In this document: positions 8,518 through 16,263 of the stretch, piece after piece
Layout of the letters: every line of letters starts with the position of its first letter
How positions within the stretch are numbered: position 1 is the first letter of the stretch
Source of the DNA: a virus
Lineage: Duplodnaviria > Caudoviricetes
Reading direction: 5' to 3' (one strand)
Length of the DNA: 38,225 nt
IMG/VR virus record: IMGVR_UViG_3300005326_000035
Location: 1-38,225 of that record
Translations under genes and position numbers: made by a program
Notes under the pieces: model-generated
What the model saw: only the letters and a program-made list of their open reading frames with translations
Databases searched by the model: none
What the model was told of the DNA's origin: nothing

Positions 8518-9195
8518 TTAAAATACAGTTAATTGATTAGCATATTCCTTAAACCTCTTGACACTCGCATAAAAATAGTCTGGGTCTAATTCACACCCTA
8601 CAAAGGGCAAATTAGCCTTGTCTGCCGCTATTCGGGAACTACCACTGCCTAAATGAGTATCTAAAATCTTGTCGTTTGGCTTGGCGTAGTTTTTAAAAAT
8701 CCATTCGTAAAGAGCAATGGGCTTTTGGGTAGGGTGCAATCGTTTATATTCGTCTTTTGCATTATTACCAACCCAACTTTTAAAATATTTCCTTAAGGGC
8801 TTGTTGAATGAAGTCCAAGCGAGTTCCCCGTCAGCATAATCATTTTCTCCCGTACCTTTATCCCAAAATACCCAAGCCCCAGTTGGAGACAAGTGTTCCG
8901 TCATATAATTACCTCCCCATATAATTTGATTGGCACAGCTAAATCTTAATTGTTCGAAATATTTTTTGTCGGGTATTTTATTATCCCAATCTTCTTTGCC
9001 TCGATTAACCTTATTCTTGCCGTTTCCAAGTGTCATTTTATTCGCACCTATCCCGTAAGGCGGGTCAACTACTGCTAACTCAAAATATTTATCGGGAACT
9101 TGTTTTAATAAGTCCATACAATCCATAAGATACACAACAGAAGTAACTCCGTGCTTATTCGTGTATTCGTGCTTGTCTTTGTAACCCAAAATCAT
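8518..9195 (-). CDS. DNA methyltransferase (N6A/N4C, beta class)
   Basis: VDPPYG, HPTQKP, ILDTHLGSGSS, GCELD; start taken at the ATGA overlap at 9195. Confidence 0.92.
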   Translation of the reverse strand: MILGYKDKHEYTNKHGVTSVVYLMDCMDLLKQVPDKYFELAVVDPPYGIGANKMTLGNGKNKVNRGKEDWDNKIPDKKYFEQLRFSCANQIIWGGNYMTEHLSPTGAWVFWDKGTGENDYADGELAWTSFNKPLRKYFKSWVGNNAKDEYKRLHPTQKPIALYEWIFKNYAKPNDKILDTHLGSGSSRIAADKANLPFVGCELDPDYFYASVKRFKEYANQLTVF

Positions 9196-9413
9196 AGTAT
9201 CATTATCGTTAAATTCAAAGTCCTGCAAACCCTTTCGGCCGCACCCCAATTGCAGCCCTTTCCTGCCTCAATCCTATGGATAGTTACTTCGCTTACCTTT
9301 GACAATCGGGCAAGTCTGTAAACTGACATTTTGCCTCTTCGCTGACTTATTAAAGTGCCAAGTTTTATGCACCCTTCTTTTTCGGCCAAATCAAGCTCTT
9401 CGTAACTTACCAT
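9192..9413 (-). CDS. XRE-family helix-turn-helix regulator
   Basis: MSVYRLARLSKVSEVTIHRIEAG HTH pattern. Confidence 0.8.
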   Translation of the reverse strand: MVSYEELDLAEKEGCIKLGTLISQRRGKMSVYRLARLSKVSEVTIHRIEAGKGCNWGAAERVCRTLNLTIMIL

Positions 9414-9658
9414 ATCTCACAATTTAATTCCCTGCTTGTAACCTTGAAAATACCCATAAAAACGGCTTTCTGAGGGAGTTTATTTAAGAACAGGGTGTCT
9501 TTGTTGTTCCCTGCAGTTATCTCGACCATAACGGGCTGAAACGGGGTAATGGTTACCTCGGTAGTGTTATTCGGGTGCCTTACCTCAATTGAGTAGTTTT
9601 GCTCGATTTTCGTACAGCCTAAAATCAGGAGTGCGAATAAAAATATTAACTTTTTCAT
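9407..9658 (-). CDS. Putative small lipoprotein
   Basis: MKKLIFLFALLILG-C signal peptide II-like lipobox. Confidence 0.65.
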   Translation of the reverse strand: MKKLIFLFALLILGCTKIEQNYSIEVRHPNNTTEVTITPFQPVMVEITAGNNKDTLFLNKLPQKAVFMGIFKVTSRELNCEIW

Positions 9659-10044
9659 AAATTTATTTTTAGTTCTTTCTCATAAAACATAAAATATATA
9701 TTTTGGAGTTGATGTAAATATTTTACCTCAAAAAACAAAGAACCCTCAAAATCCTCTAACTTACAAACCCCATTAATAAGTACAAGAATTAAATTCCAGT
9801 CATTAAAATCTCCGACTATTAGCCTCATTTCTTGACCTGCTCCACGCTGCACCACTACCACTCCTTCACATTTTAATAAAATCTCATCAATTAGCGGAAT
9901 AGGCTCTATTTGATTAATGGTTATTGCTCCCGACTTGGGAGTTGAAACATAATCAATACCAACACCCTTTTGAATAGCTTCTATTATTGTGGGTTCACCA
10001 AGCCTATTTACATAGTTCCCGATTCTCAATTCGTTTGCTTTCAT
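9655..10044 (-). CDS. Conserved Bacteroidota phage hypothetical protein
   Basis: MKANELRIGNYV...EPIPL...YLHQLQNIYF pattern; ATGA overlap with the upstream gene. Confidence 0.75.
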   Translation of the reverse strand: MKANELRIGNYVNRLGEPTIIEAIQKGVGIDYVSTPKSGAITINQIEPIPLIDEILLKCEGVVVVQRGAGQEMRLIVGDFNDWNLILVLINGVCKLEDFEGSLFFEVKYLHQLQNIYFMFYEKELKINL

Positions 10045-10223
10045 TTCTTGCTCTTTACTAAGTAAATAATAAACATAAATAGACCGACAAACATAGTCAG
10101 CAAAATTACTTTCACTTTTGCCTTGCCGTCTCCCTTTCGCTTGGTTTCCTCGCTTGAAACAACGCCGGTCAAAAAGGCGTTAATCCAAAAATAAATGAAA
10201 ATTGTGAATAAAATTGCGTTCAT
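10041..10223 (-). CDS. Small membrane protein (two TM segments)
   Basis: Two hydrophobic stretches separated by a basic loop. Confidence 0.65.
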   Translation of the reverse strand: MNAILFTIFIYFWINAFLTGVVSSEETKRKGDGKAKVKVILLTMFVGLFMFIIYLVKSKK

Positions 10224-10252
10224 AGTATAATTTTTTAGTGTTAAATTTCTTT

Positions 10253-10276
10253 AAAAAGGGGATTTCGCTCCCCTTT
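10253..10276 (-). terminator. Intrinsic terminator closing the tmRNA coding piece
   Basis: AAAGGGGA-GCGAAA-TCCCCTTT followed by TT. Confidence 0.7.
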
Positions 10277-10505
10277 GGCGGATTACGCAGCAAGTCTAAC
10301 TTGCGGAGTAAACATTTTAAAAATATTGCCTTTTACAACTAAACAAATCCTCTGCTATACCTACTCATCTGCTGTCAAAACCAAAACATCCCCGAAAAAA
10401 CCGTACTAACGCGACGGGTTAGCGACAACTGGCATTGCGTGGAGATGGGCGGACTCGAACCGCCGTCCAAACAGACTTTTCTTATAACTTCAACGAACTT
10501 GTTTT
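10253..10505 (-). ncRNA. ssrA: Circularly permuted (two-piece) tmRNA
   Basis: Acceptor piece ~10505-10440 ends GGAC-GGCGG-TTCGAGT-CCGCC-CATCTCC-A; 46-nt intervening segment; coding piece starts GGGGATG-TTTTGGTTTTGAC at 10393; 7-bp acceptor stem with G3-U70; tag ORF 10330-10283 GNIFKMFTPQVRLAA*. Confidence 0.88.
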
Positions 10506-10506
10506 G

Positions 10507-10593
10507 AGGGGAAGGCGGGATTCGAACCCACAGAACGCCATTAATAGAGTCAATGCCACTTTACGCAGGTGCCGCCCTCTCTACCACTTCCCC
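10507..10593 (-). tRNA. tRNA-like element / pseudo-tRNA (anticodon not assignable)
   Basis: Perfect acceptor stem GGGGAAG/CTTCCCC and T arm GTGGG-TTCGAAT-CCCGC; 87 nt with a long variable-arm-like hairpin; D and anticodon arms non-canonical. Confidence 0.6.
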
Positions 10594-10666
10594 GTAACTT
10601 CAAAGAACAAAAAGGGAGAAAACAACCTCAATCGCTCCCTCCCCTCAACCATAATTAAAACCGCAA

Positions 10667-10697
10667 CGAAAATAAACAAAGTTTTTTAATCTGCAAA
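10667..10697 (-). promoter_or_regulatory. Bacteroidota sigma-A-type promoter for the RNA island
   Basis: TTTG-N19-TATTTTCG, near the consensus TTTG-N19-21-TAnnTTTG. Confidence 0.6.
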
Positions 10698-10704
10698 ATT
10701 TATT

Positions 10705-11046
10705 TTACTCTAATGAATAAATAATTTGTCCGCTACCTCGTTTTTCGCTGAATTTCTTAATTTTATAGCCTTGTTTAATCAGTCGGGTTATCGCATTCCA
10801 AACTATTTGCCTATCCTTTTTAGTCGCTATCTCTAATTTAGCCTTTTTATGTATCAGCTCTAAATCAATTTCCTTGTATTTTTTCAGTAAGAAAAGAATT
10901 TTATCCTTGTCAGTACCTACCAGGTCGGTAGTTTTATAGTGAATGCAGCCCTCTTTGGCATAGTTGCATTTCTTTATTTTCGGATCGCGGATTAAAAACC
11001 TCAACCGACAATTTTCAATATTCAAGCAATTCAAACAACTTTTCAT
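10705..11046 (-). CDS. Hypothetical protein (Cys-rich N-terminus, possible winged-HTH C-terminus)
   Basis: CLNC..C..C..C then ILFLLKK...AITRLIKQGYKI; start taken at the ATGA overlap. Confidence 0.6.
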   Translation of the reverse strand: MKSCLNCLNIENCRLRFLIRDPKIKKCNYAKEGCIHYKTTDLVGTDKDKILFLLKKYKEIDLELIHKKAKLEIATKKDRQIVWNAITRLIKQGYKIKKFSEKRGSGQIIYSLE

Positions 11047-11201
11047 TTCTCTTTTACTTTGTTCCATTCACTCTCCATAATTTCGTATCTGCATAAGGTG
11101 CAAGTGTGAAAATAAACATTAAACGGACTCGACACCTCAACTTTTGCCCTTTGAACCAGTCCGCAATTCGGGCACTTAATAGTTTCTTTGTAACTTTTCA
11201 T
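11043..11201 (-). CDS. Small zinc-ribbon protein (52 aa; not in the ORF track)
   Basis: Manual translation MKSYKETIKCPNCG...HTCTLCRYEIMESEWNKVKEK*; two CxxC; ATGA overlaps at both ends. Confidence 0.75.
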   Translation of the reverse strand: MKSYKETIKCPNCGLVQRAKVEVSSPFNVYFHTCTLCRYEIMESEWNKVKEK

Positions 11202-11422
11202 TTTTCTGTCAAAAATTTGATCGCATCATTAGCTGTGATAATCGGCAAGTCCATACTAATATTCGCATTAAAAGGGTATTTATAATTCAATTCTTTTAGT
11301 TCCTTTATTCGGCCATATTTCCATAAAATCAAAGCCCGTGTTGCTTGAAAATGGTATCTGTTTTCAAAACAATGGTTTTTTATGAAGTCCATAACTTCTT
11401 CGGGAGTTCTAATATTAGGCAT
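11198..11422 (-). CDS. Hypothetical protein
   Basis: Packed in the operon. Confidence 0.6.
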   Translation of the reverse strand: MPNIRTPEEVMDFIKNHCFENRYHFQATRALILWKYGRIKELKELNYKYPFNANISMDLPIITANDAIKFLTEK

Positions 11423-11424
11423 AG

Positions 11425-11622
11425 TTAAATGTGTTTTTTATTGTGGCATTCCCTACAAAGAGGGATTAAATTACTATCTTGATTTATTTCTTCCTTACTG
11501 CAATGGCTTCTAAATTTGATATGATGCAAATCAACAGCCTTTGCTCCGCACTCCTGGCACAAAATTACATCGTCAATTCCGTAGCCGTGCCGTTTCATAT
11601 AGTCTTTTAGATATTTTTGCAT
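11425..11622 (-). CDS. Small HNH endonuclease
   Basis: CQECG...DLHHI...NLIPLCRECHNKKH. Confidence 0.85.
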   Translation of the reverse strand: MQKYLKDYMKRHGYGIDDVILCQECGAKAVDLHHIKFRSHCSKEEINQDSNLIPLCRECHNKKHI

Positions 11623-12029
11623 TATACTTCTCGGATTTGTATTTCCACTCTTGGCACAGTTGAATAAAATTTATCTGCCCAACAACTCACTATTTGAGAA
11701 TCATCGTTATAGGCAATCCCGTTTAGCGCATCAAAAATTATTTTCTCGATATTGTCAATGTCGGGTTTTTTTGTTGGCCTTTCCGTTCCGGCTATCATTT
11801 TAGCGGTTGTTTTTTTAGAAGTACTTTTTGGGATAGCAAAGTAAATCATAAGTTCAGCTTTTAATTGTTCGCCCTCTAAAAATTTAATCCTTTCGGTTTG
11901 CAGATAACTAAATTTAACTAATTGCTCGTAATTAGCGGTCTTTTCCGGGGTGTAAACCCGCCCGGCTCCAAATATCGGCCGCCCCTTTGCTACCGGCTGC
12001 CCTAATATGGTAAATTTTATTTCTTTCAT
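11622..12029 (-). CDS. rusA: RusA-family Holliday junction resolvase
   Basis: PVAKGRP, KPDIDNIEKIIFDALNGIAYNDDSQI. Confidence 0.92.
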   Translation of the reverse strand: MKEIKFTILGQPVAKGRPIFGAGRVYTPEKTANYEQLVKFSYLQTERIKFLEGEQLKAELMIYFAIPKSTSKKTTAKMIAGTERPTKKPDIDNIEKIIFDALNGIAYNDDSQIVSCWADKFYSTVPRVEIQIREV

Positions 12030-12484
12030 AGATTTTCCATATTATCAAATTCTGAACCCTGATCAAACTCCCAGAATGATAATTTGCCCTTTGCCGGAAT
12101 AGGAACGGGGAATATTATTGGGTTTGCTAACACCCAATGCCACATAAATTTTGTGTCTACAAGTTCCCCGTCAATATATTTATTGATTGCTATATTTTCA
12201 GCCCACATAGACGCTGAATCTTGAATACAATCCACAATTTCAACAGAACCGATGATTGCCCCCTTTGGAAACATCTTGTTAAAGTCGTATTCGTAGCCAA
12301 CCGCCTTTTCAAATGCTCGTTTCTGGTCTATACTTAAAAGTTGATGAATAGAATACTGTTTGCCTTTACCTGCGTGAATCAGCACCCTGCCCCGAAAATT
12401 TGTTTTCCAAGTTCTGTTTTCAATGGGCTTTATTCCCATTACGATTAATGATGCCCACGGTTGTTTTATTGTTATTGCTTTCAT
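12026..12484 (-). CDS. ASCH domain protein
   Basis: AITIKQPWASLI..GIKPIENRTW...RGRVLIHA...GAIIG. Confidence 0.9.
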   Translation of the reverse strand: MKAITIKQPWASLIVMGIKPIENRTWKTNFRGRVLIHAGKGKQYSIHQLLSIDQKRAFEKAVGYEYDFNKMFPKGAIIGSVEIVDCIQDSASMWAENIAINKYIDGELVDTKFMWHWVLANPIIFPVPIPAKGKLSFWEFDQGSEFDNMENL

Positions 12485-12813
12485 TTTAAACCTCCTTTAA
12501 TCCAATTAAAAAGCCTTGCTGACCATTTTATGCTCTTATAGTAATTATCCCTCAAAATAGCCCATTGTGTGCGTTTGTAGAGCAATTTGAGCCGTGTGTA
12601 ATGCACCGAAGGCTTGTAATCCTTCATTTGGATAATGGTACTTCTATCCCGATTAATTAATTTCCCTACCTCTGTGGGGTGATAGCCCTTTTTAAGTGCT
12701 TCCTGAGCGAATAAAAGCCTAACTGCAACTAACTCCGATTTTCGGCAAGTGCCTTGAATGTCCGAAAGAGTAAACCCCGAAAGTTTTAGTATTTGGTTTA
12801 AAATCTTTTCCAT
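12481..12813 (-). CDS. DnaA C-terminal-like HTH DNA-binding protein
   Basis: RKSELVAVR...TEVGKLINRDRSTII resembles DnaA domain IV; start taken at MEKIL. Confidence 0.65.
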   Translation of the reverse strand: MEKILNQILKLSGFTLSDIQGTCRKSELVAVRLLFAQEALKKGYHPTEVGKLINRDRSTIIQMKDYKPSVHYTRLKLLYKRTQWAILRDNYYKSIKWSARLFNWIKGGLK

Positions 12814-12815
12814 AG

Positions 12816-13508
12816 TTAAGACTTTAGAAAAGCTTTGTATTGTTCGGGAGATTCGAAAAGATAGGCGTATCTCCAGCAAGAACCATAATTATCCATAAAA
12901 AAGCCATCTTCACGAACTCTTAAAAGTATTCTGCAAACAGAAAAACAACCTTCCCCGTCAGTAAATATGGCCATTTCGCCAATTATCGGCTCTTTGTGTT
13001 TCGGCTTTGGCTCCCACATTTCATAGCTAAAACAATTATGCTCTTGCCCGCAATTTGGATAATTAGAACAATTATCACAATGTTTTTCTTTTGGCTTTTC
13101 AATATCCACCAACTCCAATTTCTCTTTGTCGAATCTTTTGCCCTGCTCGGCTAATTTGGAATCCAAAAGAGCGATTTCGGAAGGGGTGGCGGGGCGCAAC
13201 AGAACATCGTCGTCCCTATTTACATATCCATCAAGGCCCAATCCTAAATCAACGCAGTTCTTAGATGTTGAACAAAAATAAACATAAGCGTTTATAATCT
13301 CATCAGAAATGCTTTTTAATATTATTATATTAGACGCGCTGCTACCGTTCCTGTCCGCCCATTTATGAAATATATATTCCCCTCTTTGGGGTAGGTATTT
13401 TTCAAGCTCTTTTTCTTTCAGACTTTCATTCAGTTCCTCAAACGCAGCAAACATCTCATTGGTTGCCTCTCTTGCGTTCTTAATTTTTTCTTCAATTTTT
13501 GATTTCAT
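12816..13508 (-). CDS. Hypothetical protein
   Basis: 230-aa ORF; LRPATPSE..LL..L...GK.FD.E pattern typical of Bacteroidota phage hypotheticals; TATATTTG element upstream at 13528-13535. Confidence 0.7.
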   Translation of the reverse strand: MKSKIEEKIKNAREATNEMFAAFEELNESLKEKELEKYLPQRGEYIFHKWADRNGSSASNIIILKSISDEIINAYVYFCSTSKNCVDLGLGLDGYVNRDDDVLLRPATPSEIALLDSKLAEQGKRFDKEKLELVDIEKPKEKHCDNCSNYPNCGQEHNCFSYEMWEPKPKHKEPIIGEMAIFTDGEGCFSVCRILLRVREDGFFMDNYGSCWRYAYLFESPEQYKAFLKS

Positions 13509-13539
13509 AATCTCGTTTTTTAGTGTTCAAATATAGTAA

Positions 13540-14193
13540 TTAATTTAATTCGGTGTCTATTATTTTAGTTTTTTTCTCCTTTTTGCATTGTCTGTAAAAG
13601 TCAATTAACTTCATTCCTTCGGGTTTCTTTTTCTCTCTTGTCAAAAAATTATCCTTTACATTTCCGTAGTCGCAAATATCCTGTTCACTCACTAATTTAC
13701 TCATCTCGGTTGTGGTTGCCCCCGAAAGATAATCAGCGTAACTTTCATTTATGGAATCAATAATCATTTGCCTTTTTTCGGCTTCGGTCGGTGCGTTAGT
13801 TTCGGTCAATTGTAATACGCCTCTATCCTGCTTAATTGAATTTATCGCCTCTTTGCGTTCCTCGCTGTAAAAATACGCCTCAATCCACTTGTAAAAGGTC
13901 GGGTAATTCATTCCGTAGGTCTTAGTTTCAAAATGCCCTTTCAATCCGCACATCAAACAATATCCGATTTCTTGCACTCTAAGAGTTTTAAATTCGGCCA
14001 AAATATCAATCGTAAGCTGCTCGGAAATTTCGTCAATCTCCTTTTCAACCTTTGCCGGATCCGCAGATTTTAATACACCGGATAGATTATATATTTTTAA
14101 CAATAACCCTGCAATATACAATTCAAGTGCCTTGCTATCTCCTTCGGTTACTTTACTTCCCCTTAAGAGTTCTTTTATGTCAATTACCTGCAT
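13540..14193 (-). CDS. Hypothetical replication accessory protein (position of a helicase loader)
   Basis: Overlaps the end of the initiator gene; function inferred from synteny only. Confidence 0.55.
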   Translation of the reverse strand: MQVIDIKELLRGSKVTEGDSKALELYIAGLLLKIYNLSGVLKSADPAKVEKEIDEISEQLTIDILAEFKTLRVQEIGYCLMCGLKGHFETKTYGMNYPTFYKWIEAYFYSEERKEAINSIKQDRGVLQLTETNAPTEAEKRQMIIDSINESYADYLSGATTTEMSKLVSEQDICDYGNVKDNFLTREKKKPEGMKLIDFYRQCKKEKKTKIIDTELN

Positions 14194-14857
14194 TTAGTAG
14201 CTTATTTCGTTTGTTAATTAAAATCTGGTCCATATCCGCCTGAGTTGTGCCAACCTGTTTTTTTGGCTGTGGAGTTATTATTTCATCTTCCCACGATTTG
14301 TTATTTAAATAAGTTTCTGGATTTTTCCGGTATTTCTTTTCAGTCGATAAAACATACTTTTGTACTGTCGCAAAAATTCTATCTTTTTCAACCTCTTTTA
14401 GCTTTTTCCATTTACTTAATAACTTTTCTTTATTACCAACCTTTTTATCATATACCCTCCAAAAGGTTTCAAACTCATCTTCAATTTCATTTTCATTTAC
14501 ATCTTCCATATGGCAGGTCATATGACCTCCTTTTTTATTCTCTTTTTTTGTATATTGATTTGTTCCGTTTTTATTATTATTCCTGCTATCTGTGTACTCT
14601 TTACGCTTAATTTGTTCCTCTTCCAACCGAACATTATAATATAATCCTACATCATCTTCTACAAACTTATCCGCTATATTGACCCAAAGTTGACCAACAA
14701 CTTGACCAATCATATGACTGGTCATATGACCTCGATTGAATTGAAGCATCAAAAGCTCCATATATGCTCCTTTTTCCTCAAAGGTCATACCCATTGTTCC
14801 GCCTAACCAGTCGTTAGGGTAGAATAAAAATGCCGGATCCTTAGCCACGATATTCAA
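14180..14857 (-). CDS. Phage replication initiator (DUF1376/YdaU-like N-terminus)
   Basis: PAFLFYPNDWLGGT..MTFEEKGAY; C-terminal FETFW.VY.KK...PETYLNNKSWEDE; internal iterons. Confidence 0.8.
   Translation of the reverse strand: MNIVAKDPAFLFYPNDWLGGTMGMTFEEKGAYMELLMLQFNRGHMTSHMIGQVVGQLWVNIADKFVEDDVGLYYNVRLEEEQIKRKEYTDSRNNNKNGTNQYTKKENKKGGHMTCHMEDVNENEIEDEFETFWRVYDKKVGNKEKLLSKWKKLKEVEKDRIFATVQKYVLSTEKKYRKNPETYLNNKSWEDEIITPQPKKQVGTTQADMDQILINKRNKLLNAGN
14506..14731. repeat. Iteron-like repeats / putative replication origin inside the initiator gene
   Basis: Palindrome GGTCATATGACC at 14516-14527 and 14720-14731; TGAC(C/T) at 14680, 14691, 14703, 14715, 14727; AT-rich tract between the clusters. 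Confidence 0.6.
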
Positions 14858-15275
14858 ATTTTAAAAATTTTTGTAGTCCCTTAATACCCTCATCTGAAAT
14901 AGCCTGAAAACAAAAACGGGTCTTGTTATTATCATATACATTTAATAGTTTAATTTCTTTTGCCTGTATAAACATTGCGTAACCCACACCATCACCGGCA
15001 ATTTTTGCTATCCGAATATCTTTAAACTCTGTCCCCTTAGCCCATATTTTCATAGATTCTATTTCCGAATGACAGTCCTCACAAAGAGTAACCAATATGT
15101 CGTTTTTGCACTCCCACGGCTCGCAGCTATTATCGTATTCAATATGATGAATATGAAGCTGTGTTTTAGTATCTCCGCATAGCCGACATGCAAATTTATC
15201 CCGCTTCAATATCTCAAGTCTTTTCTTTTGCCACTTAGGGCTTTTTAGCTTTTCAGCATAACTTAAATTGTTCAT
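14841..15275 (-). CDS. HNH endonuclease-like protein
   Basis: WQKKRLEILKRDKFACRLCG...LHIHH...LVTLCEDCH; start taken at MNNLS. Confidence 0.85.
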   Translation of the reverse strand: MNNLSYAEKLKSPKWQKKRLEILKRDKFACRLCGDTKTQLHIHHIEYDNSCEPWECKNDILVTLCEDCHSEIESMKIWAKGTEFKDIRIAKIAGDGVGYAMFIQAKEIKLLNVYDNNKTRFCFQAISDEGIKGLQKFLKFEYRG

Positions 15276-15405
15276 AATACTACATAAAAATAGCATCTCC
15301 AGTTAGAGCCGTTAGGTAATTTACATAACCTTTTCCGCCTTTCGGGTAGGAAACTCTTTGAAGATGCTGTTTTAATATTTCTCATTCTGTAAATTTTTAA
15401 CATTG

Positions 15406-15436
15406 CGAATGTACAAAATCTTTTTTAATCTACAAA
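15406..15436 (-). promoter_or_regulatory. Bacteroidota sigma-A-type promoter for the HNH/replication operon
   Basis: TTTG-N19-TACATTCG. Confidence 0.55.
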
Positions 15437-15442
15437 ATTTAT

Positions 15443-15820
15443 TTAAAAAATAAAGTCATCATCGTTTATTCCAAAATTTGCAGTAGTATAAAATTTACAC
15501 TCGCTTGGCATTTGTTCTTGATTTTCAAATTGCTCTGGGTATCTCAAATGTAACTTTTTACGCAAAACAATTGCAGGGTATAGGTCTTTGTTTAATTTAT
15601 TACAATGAAACATTTTAGATTTTATGTTCGGTGAGCTGCAATCATCGTCAGAATATCTGCTCTCAAACTCAAGAGGAACCTCCTCGATGTGTTTGCAACC
15701 CGAACAGGCCGAAAAGTTTTTAGGGTTCTTTCTACATACCTCTTCGTGATTTAATGCAGTACCTCTGTATTTGTAAGCCTTGCCACAATGGTCGCAAACA
15801 TAAGCCTTTATTTCTTTCAT
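15443..15820 (-). CDS. Cys-rich zinc-finger protein
   Basis: CDHCGK...HEEVC..NP...CSGCKH. Confidence 0.7.
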   Translation of the reverse strand: MKEIKAYVCDHCGKAYKYRGTALNHEEVCRKNPKNFSACSGCKHIEEVPLEFESRYSDDDCSSPNIKSKMFHCNKLNKDLYPAIVLRKKLHLRYPEQFENQEQMPSECKFYTTANFGINDDDFIF

Positions 15821-16260
15821 TTCTTTTTCTTTTTATAGTCTTTATCAGGATCCGGAATGTATGTATTAAGATACTCACTACAATATCCGCGTATAGCATC
15901 GCAGTAGGTCATTTCGTCAATCGTAACGAACTCCGATTTGCTAAGTGGTATCTTCAAAATCTCTCCGCTTTCCCTATTCATAACCTCTTTATTTGCAAAT
16001 AATGATTTCCAAAATAAATCCACTTGGTCAATATTCACAAACTCATAACCGGCGTCATTTAGGGCAATCATCGAAAGAGGGTAGACCAGTCCATAAAGGT
16101 AGCCAAATTGCAGGTGGGTAGCTTTTCGGTGGAATTTCTCAATGGTCATTTTGTATCTGCCCTTTGGAAGTGCGTCGAGTTCCGACCGTATTAAAGAGGG
16201 GTTTAGCATCCTATAAGGCTTCCCCTCCTCTTTGTCGGTGTAATAGATTAGTTTTTTCAT
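15817..16260 (-). CDS. Hypothetical protein, NinB/YbcN-like
   Basis: RKATHLQFGYLYGLVY...EMTYCDAIR...YIPDP pattern; follows ssb. Confidence 0.55.
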   Translation of the reverse strand: MKKLIYYTDKEEGKPYRMLNPSLIRSELDALPKGRYKMTIEKFHRKATHLQFGYLYGLVYPLSMIALNDAGYEFVNIDQVDLFWKSLFANKEVMNRESGEILKIPLSKSEFVTIDEMTYCDAIRGYCSEYLNTYIPDPDKDYKKKKK

Positions 16261-16263
16261 TGC

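Noticed and set aside
10440-10470. tmRNA 3' end as an attP core
   Set aside because: The matching 5' half, inter-piece helices, tag and terminator are all present, and no integrase is encoded.
10435-10689. 84-aa plus-strand ORF
   Set aside because: It is the antisense of the tmRNA acceptor piece and tRNA-like element, with a TTG start and no supporting context.
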